Shown here: positions 44,855-60,879 of the stretch, piece after piece
Position numbering within the stretch: position 1 is the first letter of the stretch
How the letters are laid out: each line of letters opens with the position of its first letter
Source: the human T2T-CHM13v2.0 reference genome, Homo sapiens
Direction: 5' to 3' (one strand)
DNA length: 64,000 nucleotides
Assembly: GCF_009914755.1 (NCBI RefSeq)
Contig: NC_060932.1
Position numbers and translations under genes: made by a program
The notes under the pieces: model-generated
What the model saw: only the letters and a program-made list of their open reading frames with translations
Database searches by the model: none
Told to the model about the DNA's origin: nothing

Positions 44855-45860
44855 GCTTCCCCAGATGATTTCATCAACATCCATGGCTTCAATTATTATC
44901 TCTATGCAGAAGACCTACAAATTACATATCCAACCCAAATTTACCTCTAGGACCTAAATTCATGCACCCAATGTCTTCTTAAAATATCATCTAGATGTCT
45001 CAAGGAACCTCAAATCCAACATGTCTGAAACCCAGCCCAGGAATCCTCCTTCACCATACTGGCTGTCCTCCATTTTTGCTTGTCTCAATTTATGGCACTG
45101 CTGTATATCTATTTGCGCAACTCAGAAAACTAGCAATGACCCCTCTGTCTCCCTCACTCCCTGTATCTTACCCAATTCTGCGTTTTTTATTTTGCCTCCT
45201 AAATATCTCTTGAATGTATTCCATTCTCCTCTTACCCACTACTTCCACACTAGAGCAAACTATACCCTCGGTTACTAAAATACAAGAACAAACTGGTCTG
45301 CCTACATCTATCTGGTCTACCCTCAATAGAAATATAAGACCCTTAAATGGCTTTTAATTTCTATAGAAATAAAGACAGAATTTTTTCAACAGAGCCCAAG
45401 TTCCAGCCTGGTCTTGCCTGTAAATGCCCTTCCAGTATCTCCTTTATCCCCTTCTTGCTCTACCTCAATCCCAGTGCTCTGGCCTCCTCCCAGCCACATA
45501 CCTGCCATACTCCTGCCTACAGCAGTCTCTGAATGATTGTCTTTGTAGCCCAGTAAACCTTCCCACCCTTCTTGCCTGGTAATTCTGGACCTGTTTTCAG
45601 ATCTTACTGTGCTCTTTCCTTGGAAAGCCTTCCCTGAGCTCCTGGTCAAATCCCCCTGTTATGGGCTCACCCAGCATTGTACTGTTGCAATGTAATATTT
45701 GAGTGATTATGTAATCCATGCCTGTCTGCCCTAACGAAACTCTAAGATCCATGAAGACAGAAATCATATTGGATTTAAAGTAATATTCACATCCCTAGTT
45801 TCTTAGCAGAGTTTGACAAATAGATAGTCAGTACATAGTTGATCACTGAAAGAATGAATG
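44855..45860 (+). mobile_element. L2 3' portion
   Basis: ccatggcttcaattattatctctatgc...ctcaaatccaacatgtc..., ending in gaatgaatga. Confidence 0.8.
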
Positions 45861-47323
45861 ACCAGCCAGTATTTTTGCATGAGCATTGTCTTTGCAAACG
45901 TGAGGATAAGACATTGAACTTTTCATATGTTCTATGGTATAAAGCAAAAGATGGGAGTATGAATCCTAATAAAAGCTTTCTGAGTTAATATCAGCTCAAC
46001 AATCTATAATGGCATTACATTTCCTTGGGGAAGAACCATCCCAAACATTTACACAAGTCTGACTTTAGTAAGCTCTGTCATAATGTATGTTTAATTGTAT
46101 CTCCTAAAACTTTGTAGAATCCTTGAGCACTAATGAACCTAGAGGGCATCTAGCAAAGTCTTCCTGGGGCTTCTCCAAGAGAATCCATCTCACTCCAAAG
46201 GGACATGTTTGAATCACACATTTTTGTGAGCACTGACAACACATTTGACATCTCGTATCTGAGTAAATATTTATTTACACAACCACCCCGAGGTATCAGG
46301 CCACCAAAGAGAGGACAAAAATCTTCCTATGATCTTTAAAACATGCAGAGCAAGAACATGTGGTCAGAGAATGACAACAAAAATAATAGAGAGAGAATGA
46401 TTCTCAGTGTGAGAAGTTGCTGGTATCGCTTTAGCTTTCAGCGTGAACTCACTGAGCCACATAAAAACAAATGTTCTGTGCCGTATGATCACCTTGGCAA
46501 CCCCGATCTAAGGCAAGAGCAGAGATGGGGAGAAAAACACTATATTTATCTGTATCTAACTGCACAATCAAAATAGCATATACGGTCAATGTTCTCAACC
46601 TTTTTGTACAAAGTGGCTGCTTTTTATTTTCTCAAAATCCATGAGATTGTAAAGAAAAAAGGAGTACTGTTGGCAGAAGGAGGCTGCACACCAGAGTGTC
46701 TCTGTGTCTCTGTGTGTCTGTGTATGTAATTTTGCATGTGTCTATATGTGTGTAACATAAGCTAAGGACATCTGAATCTGAAGCTTGCAATACAGGGGAT
46801 CTTGAATATAAGATGTCAACAATCCTAGCACATGAAACAGAGCTCAGAGGAAAAGCAGTTTGCTGACAGCTGGCTTGGAGATCCACCATGTCCTGCCTCA
46901 CATCCACAGGCTGGGTGCATTGAGATGACACAAACTTTCTGTATAATAATCTCAGCTAAGATTAAAATAGGCACGCTTTAGCTTCATTGCACAATAGCAA
47001 GCAAGAATTATCTATTACACCAACAAATTATTCATACTATTCAGGAATTAATTACACATCTGAATGAAGATCCTTATTTCAGAGCACGGTAAATTATTTC
47101 AACTGATTTTAAAGGAAAAATTGACTGAATTATCATAATCTGTTAGTTTCCAGAGAAAAGCTTTCCAGCATCTCATTTGCATGCTGTGCTAAAGTCAATA
47201 ACAGTGTATTCTACCAAAATTCATTATAAAGAGAATTATATTTATTCTTAAAGAGTTAAAACCAGTTAAAAATCATACTGCCCAAGCTTCACTCTTTGGG
47301 AAGTTATTTCAATCCTAAATTAG

Positions 47324-47702
<379 letters not shown>

Positions 47703-48139
47703 TTATGAAAAATCTTTCTCACTCTTTGTTCAATCTCTACCTCTTTTTGCCTGAACTAATAGCTATAAATGTTCCATGTAAATCCAGTCTCTTCTTTCCA
47801 ATCTACACTATGTTGAATTATTTGGTGGTTCTTCCTGGAAAAATGCAGATTAGACCATCCCCTTTATTAAGGATCATCAATGTCTTCTCACTGTCTTTAG
47901 CAGGAATTCAAGGCTTTTCAAGATTGAGCGCCAACCTGTGACTTTCCCCTCCCTCATAAGTCTGAGCACCCTCTAACCAAATTCATTATCTCTGGAAACT
48001 CTCCGATTTTTTTCATAGTGTCTAACAGTCAAAGTGTTTTCTCACCCATTTAAGATCAACAGTACTTTTTTTTCCATTAAGGACTTAGTGACTGCTTGTG
48101 TCAGATGTAACTTCATTCCTCTGGCTCCTTTAGTATATT

Positions 48140-48720
48140 AAAACATTAATAAGTACTTATTGAGTGCCTGTGAAGTGTGAGACAAGATCCTTGACCGTCT
48201 CAGAGACTGGAATTAGGTGAGTGGTCAAATACAAGGAATCAATGACCACAGTCTTGTAGAATACCTATTATAATAATGGGATGCAAGGAATACCATGAGA
48301 ATCCAAATATCTACATTAGATTTAAAGATAAAGAAAGGTTATACAAAGAAAAGGATTCTCTACCTAACTTTTGTGGACAAACAGTACTGACCTAGATGCG
48401 AAAGAGAAAAGACAGTGTAGAAAGTGGGGAGACAAATGTATGTGAAGTGCAGAGACATGAAAATGCAGGACTCTTGCACAGAACAGTAAGGAGCTGAGCG
48501 GGACAGAAGCACTGGTTGCCTGCAGAACTCTGCAAAGATGGACTTGGGCAGGAACTGAATCACACATTTCCTTTGTGCTCAACAAGGTGATTTGAACTTT
48601 ACCTTAAAGATATAAGGACACATGACAAGATTCAAAGAAATGAAATTTCTAAGTGAAATTTTTATTTTACAACATTGCCAGCAGCTATGCAAACAAAGGA
48701 CTGGAAGTTAGCTAGAGAGA
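48140..48720 (-). mobile_element. L2 remnant
   Basis: aagtacttattgagtgcctgtg...gacaagatccttgacc... reverse L2 3' motif. Confidence 0.55.
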
Positions 48721-48734
48721 GACTCCAGCTAGAG

Positions 48735-48975
48735 CAATGGTTTGCAGTGGTTTTCAGCTTAGGATGATTTTGTTTTGTCCCCCTCCATCCTCCCAGGGAA
48801 TATCTGGCAATGTCTGGAGATGCTTTTAGTTGTCGCAGCTGGAAGTGGTGGTGCTACTAGCCTCCAGTGGGGAGGGACCAGGGTGTTGCTCAACGTCCTA
48901 TCCTACATGACCTGGGCCAGCCCCACAACATTACTAAGCCCAAAATGTCAACAGTGCCAGGTTGAGAAACACCTG
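48735..48975. mobile_element. MER20 hAT-Charlie DNA transposon
   Basis: cagtggttttca...tggcaatgtctggaga...gcccaaaatgtcaacagtgccaggttgagaaacacctg. 8-bp TSD agctagag/agctacag. Confidence 0.85.
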
Positions 48976-50184
48976 AGCTACAGCCTGCTTTATTTTCTGA
49001 GCGGGAAGGAGTGGTGGTGACGATGCCTGCCATGTGGAGCCTCAATTGAAGGCTGCAAGAGCTTTTCCAAAGGATCCTAGAAAAATGAAATGATAGAAAA
49101 CTATTAAAGGGGTGCCAAATAAGAAGGGGAAAGAATTAATAGAAGCAAAGTGAGGAAGACCCTGCACAGGACCAATGGTACTCGATGGCACCAAAAGGGC
49201 TATTGGAAGATGTTACTGTAAAAAGGAGGCAGGAATGTGTCCCAGTGAAACAGGCTGGAATAAAGGAAATGGGCACTAACTCACAATCGTCTCTTGTCAC
49301 AAGGAAAGCTAGTGAGAGGTCTATTAGCTTTGCCCTCAATTTTCCCCTTAAGGTAAAAGGCAAAGTCAACTGTGAAATGTAAGAGAAATGCAGAAAAGAA
49401 AAACAAGGCTGTGAATTTTGAATTGTGGCTATGTCATGCAGGACAAGGAGCTCAGCTCCTTTTGATCATTGCTGCTAAAGCTGGGACTGACTTCTTAGTC
49501 CTTTCCCTAGTGGATTTTCAGCAGCATTGGAATGCGTCGGTTAGTCCCTCTCCCTGCCATGTTCTTCCCTGGCTTCCAGGATGCCATCCTCCCAGATCTT
49601 CTCCCACCTCAATGGGCCTCCTGCTCAGGGCCCTTCACTGCTTCCTTCTCTTTCCCCAGCCTCCTGGACTGGAGTGCCTGGGGCTGAGTCCTGAGGCTTC
49701 TCCTTTTTTCCAGCCACACTCAACAGCATCCAGTACCAGGAACATGAGCACTTTCAGGTGCCAAAGATACCCACATTGCACAGCCAGCCCTCACCGCCGC
49801 CTTACATTGGAGACCCATGCCCTACTGCCAGCCCCATGCCCATGTGGCTGCCTAGTAGACAACTCAAACTTGTTGTGTGCAAATCTGCAATCCTGATTAG
49901 TCTTCATGCCCACTTCCCAGCATGTCCATCTCAGCTGAGGACCACACTTCCTTCTAGTTGTTTAGGGCAAGAATCTCAGTAATTCCTTTTACTTCTTTCT
50001 TTCTCCAACATCCTACATCTAAGTGGTTGGTTGTAAAAGAGATCCAGATGCTGCACCCATCCCAAACCTACCCTACTGCCTCCTTACTCTGAAGCCACAC
50101 CACTTCTGGCCTAGTGTACAGCAAAGCAACCAACTGGTCCCCCACCCTTGCCAGGCCATAGCCTATTGTCTACGTAGCCATCCT

Positions 50185-50365
50185 TGTTGAGATAGGAGAT
50201 TTTAGATGCTCTCACCACACACACAAAACAATAAGTGTATGAGGTAAGACATAGGTTAATTAGCTTGACTTGGCCATTTCACAATGTATACATGTATCTA
50301 AGCATCATGTCGTACATTATAAATATATACAACATTTATGTGTCAAATACATTTTTATAAAGAAG
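50185..50365 (+). mobile_element. L1MA-type 3' end
   Basis: gattttagatgctctcaccac...gttaattagcttga...ccatttcacaatgtatacat. Confidence 0.8.
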
Positions 50366-50792
50366 AATGCAAGAAACACAGAAATCAGAGTGACCATTAT
50401 AAGGCCTGTTGGATCAGGCATGCCAACTGTCCTTCAAAACCCTCCAGTGCTCACTCAGAATAAAATGCACATCGCTCACAATGATACAAATCAAATCTGT
50501 TCCTCTGATCTACACAGTTCTGTGCTAACTGGGCCTGTCTCTCTGCTCCAGCCACATCAGCATTCAAGCTGTTGCTCTCACATGCCAGGCTCACTCCTAA
50601 CTTAGGGTGTTAGCAGCGGCTGCCTTTCTGCCTGCGCTGTGCCTCCCTGGCATGCATGTGTCTCCTTCCCTGACCACCAAGCCTTTGCTCAAATGCCACC
50701 CACTCAATGAGCCCAACTGTGACCCTTCCTTTTTCAAATTACAACCACATTCCCACGTCCTGGCACTTCTCAACCCCTCCCTCCCCTGGTTC

Positions 50793-50813
50793 TGTGTGTA
50801 CATATATATATAC

Positions 50814-50848
<35 letters not shown>

Positions 50849-50906
50849 AATATATACACACACATGTATATGTATATATATACATATACGTGTGTGTGTG
50901 TATATA
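50793..50906. repeat. Compound (TA)/(CA)/(TG) microsatellite
   Basis: Almost uninterrupted alternating purine-pyrimidine tract. Confidence 0.93.
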
Positions 50907-51787
50907 CCGATTTAAATATTTGCCAAAAACTTGCATTATACTATGCAATATGCTTGTTCATTTATTAGTTTTAAAGCTTGCCTTCCCTGCTAGAATGTTA
51001 GCAGGCCCCTCAAGGTCAGGGATTTTATGTTTTGTTTAGTGCCACAGCCCAGATCCTAAAGAGTTTTGGCATGCAAAAGACACCCATTAAAACTGAAAAA
51101 TGACAATATTATCTATATTGCAGGGCTGCTGCAAGATCAGAGATAATGCTCTACAGACCCTTAGCACAAGGTTCTAGAAAGGCAGAAGGCCAAGTCACCT
51201 ATGAAATGTAGGGGGAGTATTGGATCTAAGGCAAGAAAGGCACATTGGGAAGAGTCCACAGAGCCAGCGAGAGAAGGAGTTCCATTGTGCTCCTTGTCAT
51301 TGCTAGACCATGGTCAAGTTTTAGTTTTCACCTTTATTGACCCATTGAGAGCATGATCTTACTGAGAAACTCATCTCACCTAGTTCTAGAAGATCACGCT
51401 AAGACTTCCTCTTACCAAACATGAGTTTCTGGAAAAATTGAATTATTTGAGGATCTACTTGAAATTCGAGATGGGTTTGTTGTGACTCAAAATAGTACAG
51501 CCTTGTGATTTTGTGGTTTCCTCCAACACAGTGGAGTAGAAAGCAGAAATAAAGAAATAGACACTGAGGTTGGCTCATATTTGAATCTAAAGCACAGCAG
51601 GGGCATAGGACAAAGCATACAAGGGAAAGGAACTATAGGCCACATGCAGAGGGACTTAAATCTGGAAGGCATGGATAGATTTTAGATGAGATAAAACCGT
51701 CCCATGAGGGCAGGCCTGAGACATGACCTAAGAAGCACAGGAGACCTGAGGCTCATCGGGTGATATTTTGGAATTTAAGATTCCTGG

Positions 51788-51890
51788 GGCCGGCCACTAT
51801 GGTTCACACCTGTAATCTCAGCACTTCGGGAGGCCAAAGCGGGTGGATCATCTGAGGTCAGGAGTTTGTGACCAGCTTAGCCAACACAGG
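51788..51890 (+). mobile_element. Alu left-arm fragment (3'-truncated)
   Basis: cacacctgtaatctcagcacttcgggaggcc...gaccagcttagccaacac, after which similarity ends. Confidence 0.85.
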
Positions 51891-53567
51891 AAAAAACATT
51901 ATTGTGTTTGCCTGTGAACACTGAGATATGTAGGGGCTGGTCTGTATTTTTTTAAGCACTAATTAAAGGGTTTCAGGCTCAGGAAATTGATGTTGTCAGT
52001 GCTGCAATTTAGGGTCACAATTCAGTCAAAGGTGGTACAATGGAACAGATCAAGGGATGTGTTAGCTATGAGGATGCTATCGTGGTCTAGGAAAGAAGAA
52101 ATGAGGCAGCGGGTCTCATGTGAAGCAGAGATAATCCCAAGAGAAAATGCAGAAATGGATTCCAGAGGCTTTTACAGGGGCAGGATGGGGCAAGAGAAGC
52201 TTGAGCACTGGACACATGCAGGCCTGCACTCATCTTCTTATTTGACCCCTCAATCATTCTGTGATGCTGTGGCTGATGATACTTCATGCCAGGGCAGTGG
52301 AAGATTGCAGATCATCTGTAAAAATCACCTAGCACCTTCCTGATACATAGCAGAAGTCCAAGGCAACTAGAGAGAAGAGGAGGTTGAGAAAATCCTTATG
52401 GCTTAGAACTTTAGACAGGCGCTAGCAGTATTTGGTCTCCTTCCCTCCAGAGTTAATACAGCATACAATAGAGCAATACAATAATAGAGGGGCTGGTTGC
52501 TGATGGAGAAGTGACTCCCAGTGCAGGCCTCTTTGTGAAACACTGGAATGGACAACTTGGTTGGTGCTGAGGTCAGCACGGGGACTCTTACTTCCTGCTT
52601 CCAAATTAAAATCATCGGGTCCCCTTCCCAAGCTTATGTACAGAGATATGCAGGGCCTGGAGTATGTACTCCAAAGCCACTCACTGACCAGTTGCAAGGA
52701 GGGGGCTGCAGGCCAGACTCAGGCAGGCAGGGCAGAAAAAGGATGACTGAGGTCACCGCAGAGCCACCCTGATCCAGGAACATCAATCACCAACCAATCA
52801 AATGCACTCCCCCCTTTCTAGGGAGAAGTGCCCGAGAAGGGGGATAAACGCCCAGGATGAAGAGTGCAATGCTCCCTCTCATGGGTACAGTAGGCTTGAG
52901 AAGAAATGTGAGAAAAACACAAGAAAAGAGAAGGTAAAGCCCCCTTCCCCAGTATACTGTATCTGCTATATTTCTTGTCAGCCCTGAACCTGAATGCCCC
53001 CATCATCCAGCCAAGTTACTGGCTAAAAGACTTCAGTTGAATTTTTAAAAGCAAAGGAATGGCTGCCTGCTCTGACATCTCCTTCATGCACCATGATTTT
53101 ATGGCACTGTGGCCGTGAACAATGCTCGACAGATCAGACCGCTCCCTCTGAAACCATTCCCATAAAAAAAAACTCAAGTGGGCAGGTGTGCACAATTTAT
53201 ACACCTACTGACATTTTGAAAATGGAACAAGTATAGGGTATTTCAGAGAAGGGCAGCATAATGTAGAAATTTCAGAACTCTTGCCATGAAGAAAAGAGAG
53301 CAACAAAGTTAGATCCAGGGGAGGAAATAAATGTGTGAAGAGGAGCAAAGACTGAGCCTCCTGAGATGTGAGGACAGGGGTAAGAAGTAGACCTGACATG
53401 ACACGGATGGTGGGATTTCTAAGAAGTGAGAGAAGCACAGAGAGAAATCAGAGAAGAAGGACCTGATCACAAAGGAGGAGATATTCCAATACGTCCCCCT
53501 CTCAGCCATAAAGTGAAGATCTCTTTGGAAGAGTAATATAGAAAAAGGGAGATGGCGGCATTGATTC

Positions 53568-54048
53568 TGTAACAGGGAAACAGCAAATGAATGAATATAA
53601 CACACTCCATTTTTGTTTAAGGGGTCTTTACCCAATCCTGCATGTAGGCTAGGATAACTTTAGAGCACTGAGATAAAATGCAGAAACAGCCACATGTAGT
53701 TTTTGAAGCTAACTCTGGGATTAAAGGGGACATATGTAAACAACTAATGATGTTTTGTTGAAGATTTACAAAAGCACTATGACCTGGCCAAGGACAAAGT
53801 TTCCAACCTTCTTGACCCTCGCTGGTGCCCAGATGGCTGCAGTCACAATCACGTGACTCTTGATCTCAATTCCCTCCTCCCCACCCTGCTTCCCTTAACA
53901 TAAAAAAGAGTCTGAAATCTATACTGACTTAAGATGGTTACTTAGGACACTAGTCTGCCATCTTCTCAATTTGCTGGCTCTTGAATAAAGCTGCTTTTCC
54001 TCCCACCAACTCTCAAGGGGCAAGCAGCCCAACCTAGGTTCTGTTCCA
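53568..54048 (+). mobile_element. ERV-type solo LTR (subfamily uncertain)
   Basis: TG...CA termini, TATA-like cataaaaa, AATAAA near 53984 and imperfect 4-bp TSD attc/atta. Confidence 0.65.
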
Positions 54049-57000
54049 ATTATAAGGCAAGGAAGGCATCCTGGAAGGGTCTGTGCCTGCATGCTGTGGA
54101 ATGATCCACCTCTCCCTCTGCCTCTTGAGTTTTCATACAAACAAAATCAATTGTACATAACCATCAGGAAGCTAAGATTTGTTCAAACAAAACAGGACTC
54201 TAGCTAGCAGCAGTGTTGAAGACCTGGTTGCAGAGGGGAGATGAACAAGTGGTGGGTGGGGTGGAGGAGTCATGATGCAGGCTGATGCCCACAGGTGAGG
54301 CTGTGCTGCTCTCCAGATGAGGCTGTGCACTTGCAGGCAGGGCCTCGGCATAAACACTCTGAGGATGGAAGCAGTGAGGAAAGGGAAGTACAAGAGGTCA
54401 GCACTGACATGCCCTGCACTGTGCCTTGTGAAAGTTGCTTCAGGGCCACCCCGAGCATGAAGGTGGTGGGCCCACATCTTAGTAGCAGGGGAAGATGAGT
54501 CACACTGTGCAAGGGACCAGAAGAAGCCTCAGCTTGCACACCAATGCAACCTTACTGCATTCTTTTTGTGACTTCAGACAAGCATGGCATTTGATTACTA
54601 CAACAACAGAAACTTTTAAATAAGAAAGAGAATGAAGCTATAATGAAAGTTACAGAAAAATTAGCATTGGTCACTGATGCACAATATTGAAACATTTTCT
54701 ATAAATATATTTTCTCACAATAGTGAAAGAGAACAACACACTATAGATTAGTATTGGCATGCATGCATGCCTTCCTCCTTTATTCTAAATTGGCTTTAGA
54801 AACTCAAATTCACTTTTGTAAATGCATCTACTGTAAAAAGTTATATTTAAGTTTGCTCCACAAGAGTCTAACCAACTATAAAATTCTACAATGTTCTAAA
54901 TATTCTGGCCTGGAAGACTCTCCCAATTAAACCCATAAAACCAGTTTCCAGATGTAGACGTAGTTGATTGTCACCTGGGGATTTATACCTCAGAGAGAAC
55001 TAGACACAGCTTTAACCAAACCTGACCATAAATGAATATTGTTTCTCCTCTATTTCCATAACAATGGTTTTATTTTACATTTCACTTCTGGATGTAAGCC
55101 ATATACAAATTAGAGGAGGACATTCTGCCATGAATAGAACCCCTTACAGTTATTGAAGAAGAACGCAGAGCTCTATTCCTCACTGAGGAAGTTGGTTGAT
55201 GCTTGAAATCCTGAGCATATTTGCATTGCATTGAGAATAAATGGCTTTTATCTCAGCCGGAGCCATGAGAAATAAACTAATAGTAGGCTTTTAACATTTA
55301 GAGGATAATAGGGAAGGGAAAGATACTAGGACAAAACCATAATGATAGTTGTATGAAATAGTTAATGAATAAAATTGCAAAAAAGACTATATTGTTTCAG
55401 TCAGCAAACATATTTCCAAATTGCAATCCTTATTTCTTTCCTTTTAAATCATTAATTTCAGATGTAATAGAAAGTGTCAGGTTGCTATATACGGAACCAT
55501 CCCTGGATGAAGCTTTCCAAATGCAACATTTAAGACGCGGGGCAGCAGACTCAATACTATATTATGAAAATTCACATGTTTTGATAATTCAAATGTTTAT
55601 GATATAATTATCTGTAATGCACCAATCCTTCAGGTAGCATCTTCCAATAGTACAATCTAAATGCCTTCCAATACATAGGACTGACAAAGGAAGGCAGAAT
55701 ATAAATCAGTTGGTGCTCCTGAACCCCCTGTTCAATACTTTGAGCAAATGACACCACTTAAGTATGTCCATGCCCACATCCACTATGCCACTCCACAAAG
55801 TCCAAGCAACTGAGCAAGACCGTCTGGGGCTTGATGGAAATCCCAGAGACATAATAAATACAGCCCTGGAAATGGGAGAAAGTTGCATCCCCACACTGAC
55901 CTCCAGAAACCAAAGTATTGAAGAAAAGAGGCATTTGAGACAAGCCAATGTCCTTTTCATCCCCACAATCGTTGCTCTGTGCAAAATTCCCATTTCATAA
56001 CATACACATTGGAGAAACATACTTGGAGAAACTTTGGTCTGAAGCATCATGACATTGTCTTAAGCAGAGAAATACATAGTAAAGAATAAAGAGAATTAGA
56101 CCTAAAGTTACACTAGATGCAAACAGCAGCGTGAAGCCAGGAGGAGGCTGCGTCCTCGCCAGAGCTTAGCCTCACCTTACAGGGGCGTGAGAACCTCAGT
56201 GTTGAAGCCCCCAGGTGGATGCCTGCTGAGGAGGGAAGGGGGCAAGGACAGTGAGGGACAATCGGGGTGATATGGAAGCACCCTGGTCATGGACTTGCAG
56301 GCTCTTCAGGGGCTCAGTGGAAGAGAGCTTAGATGGAAGAGCAGGGGGAGATCATCCACAGACGATAGGGTTCCAGGGGGCAGGTCACACCCTAGCTGGT
56401 CTGTGCTGCTGTGAGGCTCCAGGGGTGGAGGCATTGTCGAGAGGTGGAGAAGGAACCCACTGTGAACACATACCTGATAGTTCTGGGAAGCTGACTTGGA
56501 AACAAAGTGCCCGGCATCCATGTTCTCCAGGCACTCTTGACACACACCACTAAACATGTACCCAAGCGCACTGCGGATGTTTCTTTAGATGTTTCTCTTC
56601 CCTGTCCATGGCAAAAGTCCTTGGGAGCTGTGAGGAAAACACATTCCTTGCCTTCATTTTCTCTTCCTCTTGTCCTCCCTCGTGAACATCTCACGGGATT
56701 GATGGACTGTCAGCCTCCTCCCACAGGGGAGAGAATAAGCTCTTGGCTTGATTTGTCTGATCTCTGGAAAGTAATCAGAACTCCCTGAGAGCTAATGTTC
56801 TTACTTGTCACAAGTGGAAATAACAATCTTTTGGAAGTTTCATGGGTGTGAGTGAAATATTCTCATATATAGACATACAAAGCACAAAGCACAGACTGTC
56901 ACAATAATTGTGATCATTTTGATATCAGATTTCTATTAGTTTTTTCCTCTTTCCTAATTTCATGTTTTACAAGATTTTAAAGTACTCGTCTGGTTCAAGT

Positions 57001-58174
57001 TTTTATATTAATAAAGATATATAGTAGTTTTTAAAACCCTCTAAGTAACTTTATAAGCCTCTGGGGGGTGAAATTTCAATTTCGAGTCATAACTGAGGTA
57101 TAAGAAGACATATTTTCAATAATAAAACAATTGAAAGGATATAGCTTCAGCTTTGGGTGGATTTTTTTCTGTGTTTCTGACTTTTAAAGGATATTATTAA
57201 AGCCTCTGTTGAAATAAAATTATGTAACTTTAAAAAACAAATATTTACAAAGATCATTCTGAGATGAGTAACAACATCCTATAATTTAAATCAAAGAAAC
57301 ATGTTATATTTCTTCTATTCAATTTATGTAAAATATGCATGGTGAAAAGCAGAGCCCTGATTGTGAAAATATAGCACAGCCACTTTTGATTAGAAACACA
57401 AATTCAAGTCAACTCTAGAAAGAAGTTAATTTTCACTTGGGCTGTAGAGCAGATAAACTGGTATTTAAGCCTGGGCGTCTGTGAGTATCTTGGCTTTGAC
57501 AGACACAAATTACAGCCTTTCCAAGAATATACTTTCATTTGTATTTCTCCTTCAAAGTAAGAGGATTGATAGTCAGAAAATCCACCATGATAAGTAATTA
57601 GGGTTTGTTGATGGCGCTTTATTTTACTTTAAATCGACATTCTATCCCAGTATATTTCTAGACGAAATTAGTTTTACAATATTAGCATTTTCTAGAGAGT
57701 GCTATATTATTCTCATCTGCCAGAATGAGATGAGACATACAAAGAAATGATATAACTTGCCTCAAGTCACACAGTCCTTTCTGTTCTTGCCATTGGCTAC
57801 ATCGTAAATCATTCCTTGGTAGTAAAATGCTGCCAGGGCCCCTTTAACTGTTTCCTGACACTAGGGACCAATTAAGATGTATAAATTATGCATTTAATAG
57901 ATGCTCCCTGCCTAAAAGAGTTAAAATGCCTCTGAGGTCCTACTTCAACACCAAAGCCTGATAAATAAAAGAATTAGAAGCTAGCAAGCCATAGAGCTTG
58001 ACACTATTAATTCCTATTTATTATTAACCCCAATTATCAGAAGTTCTAATTATCCACCTTTTATTTCATTTTAGCATGTTCTGTATATTCTTCCTTTTAC
58101 TTTCTTTTCAGGAAAAGTATAAAACAAATAAGTAGAACACTAGTAATGATTTATTTCAATTCATTGTAACCTTT

Positions 58175-58371
58175 CACTACGGATGCTCAGCTCTGATTGA
58201 ATATTATATTTGCCCGGATAACTTTTTTAAAAAATCTAGATTTTTTAGATTTTGTATCAAGTATCCACCCTGAGAGATTCTGATTTCATTGGGCTGGGTG
58301 ATACCCAGGCAGTGTTATTTTTCAGAAATTCTCCAGGTGATTCTTACACAAAACTCTAATAGAAAACCATT
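58175..58371. mobile_element. MER5-type DNA transposon
   Basis: ccaccctgagagattctgatttcattgggctggg...cccaggc...ctccaggtgattctta...aaaaccattg. Confidence 0.7.
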
Positions 58372-59569
58372 GTTTTATAGCAATGAAATATAGATGCCAT
58401 ATCATAATCAAAATATACGAAAATATATTGAAGTACTTTCTGAAGAAAATATTAGTGTATACTGTGCAAAGTGCTTTTACTGTACTCAAGTTTAAAACCA
58501 ATAATAATGGTATATATAATAATGCTCAGGGTGCTAAAATAGTAATAGAACCTTTTCCTATCCATTGTAGACACAATTGACTATGTCTTGCTCATGCTTT
58601 CTAAGACTTGGTCTAGCTTCTTTGCCAGAGCAGTAGATTTGTTATTTCTAAAATGCCAGTGCAAAATAAAATGTATCATACTAGCATTCTATGGCACATC
58701 AAAGATGAGTGATAACACTATTATATGTGTAATTGCCTCTTATATGTTTTATCAAGGGATAATTTTATATGATCTTGTTCTTTTTCCTAACTGGTGACAA
58801 GCTTTCAACTAGCTTCAGAGGGAGAGCCGAGATTAATTGCAATCTAGTACATTGTAACTGTTGCTTCCTGTTTGTGAAGATCAGCATCTAATCAATAAAA
58901 TATTAATGACTATTTTTTTAGCCCTTCTAAATTAACAGCTAAAGGCAAAGAGTTGTTTTTGTTCTCCACTCTATTTCTTTATAGTTGGGTGTAAAATCAA
59001 ATGAAACGTACTTTTCGGTGTGATTAATGCTGACTTTAACAGATTGCTTCTGTTTGGTGTAGTTAGTTCCTTAATTTATCTTCATATAATAGCAAGGCTG
59101 TGTCTCTAACAAACCTCTTTAAGGCTACTGTTTCTTCACAGTGTTCTTCCTAACGTCAGGGTCAGTGTATCTTGTTTTGTTTTTATCATAGACTTGTTTA
59201 ACATGTTAATCTTTTTGAAGCACAAATAAAAAGGAAATGGCTAACTCTCATACCTACTGAATAAGAACTTCTGTGAGGACTTCTGTAAACCCACAGACGG
59301 ATTCCAATGCTGAATTTCCAATTGGCCTATAAGAGCTCCTGGAGCTCCATCTGGGCACATGTCACTGATTCTTGGGCCAAGACTGCCAGAGTCCCTGTTC
59401 TCAAGGAGCACACAATACTTGGGAGAATCAAGTGTTTCTATGCACATCAAACCTATGCACATTAAACAATCACAGCATAAAACATATGCATATATATATA
59501 TACATATGCATACAAGCATAGAACATATAATATGCTCAAAACTGTGGAATACAGCTGAGTGTTTTCATT

Positions 59570-60800
<1,231 letters not shown>

Positions 60801-60879
60801 AAGTGCCGAAAGGGTGAATTCTCTCAAGGGGTAAACAATAATGAGAGATTGGGGCATCCCAAGAGACTGGAAGTCAGGA

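Larger units (their letters stand above)
49490..51095 (+). mobile_element. L2 remnant with nested L1MA end and microsatellite
   Basis: Pyrimidine-rich L2 motifs (cttccctggcttccaggatgcc...ctcccacctc; ctagaatgttagc...gtcagggattttatgttttgtt). Confidence 0.7.

Noticed and set aside
49372-49896. 174-aa ORF
   Set aside because: Lies largely in a decayed L2 with no recognisable domain or exon structure.
54180-56800. GC-richer unique-looking patches (54180-54560, 56100-56760) as missing PXDNL exons or a pseudogene
   Set aside because: No LRR-like 72-nt exon or recognisable protein in any frame. Isolated AP-1 (TGAGTCA ~54497) and donor-like motifs are insufficient.
58228-58247. 20-bp palindrome taaaaaatctagatttttta (also aacaaactagtttgtt at 12683-12698)
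   Set aside because: Low-complexity A/T arms, the first inside a MER5 relic; plausible by chance.
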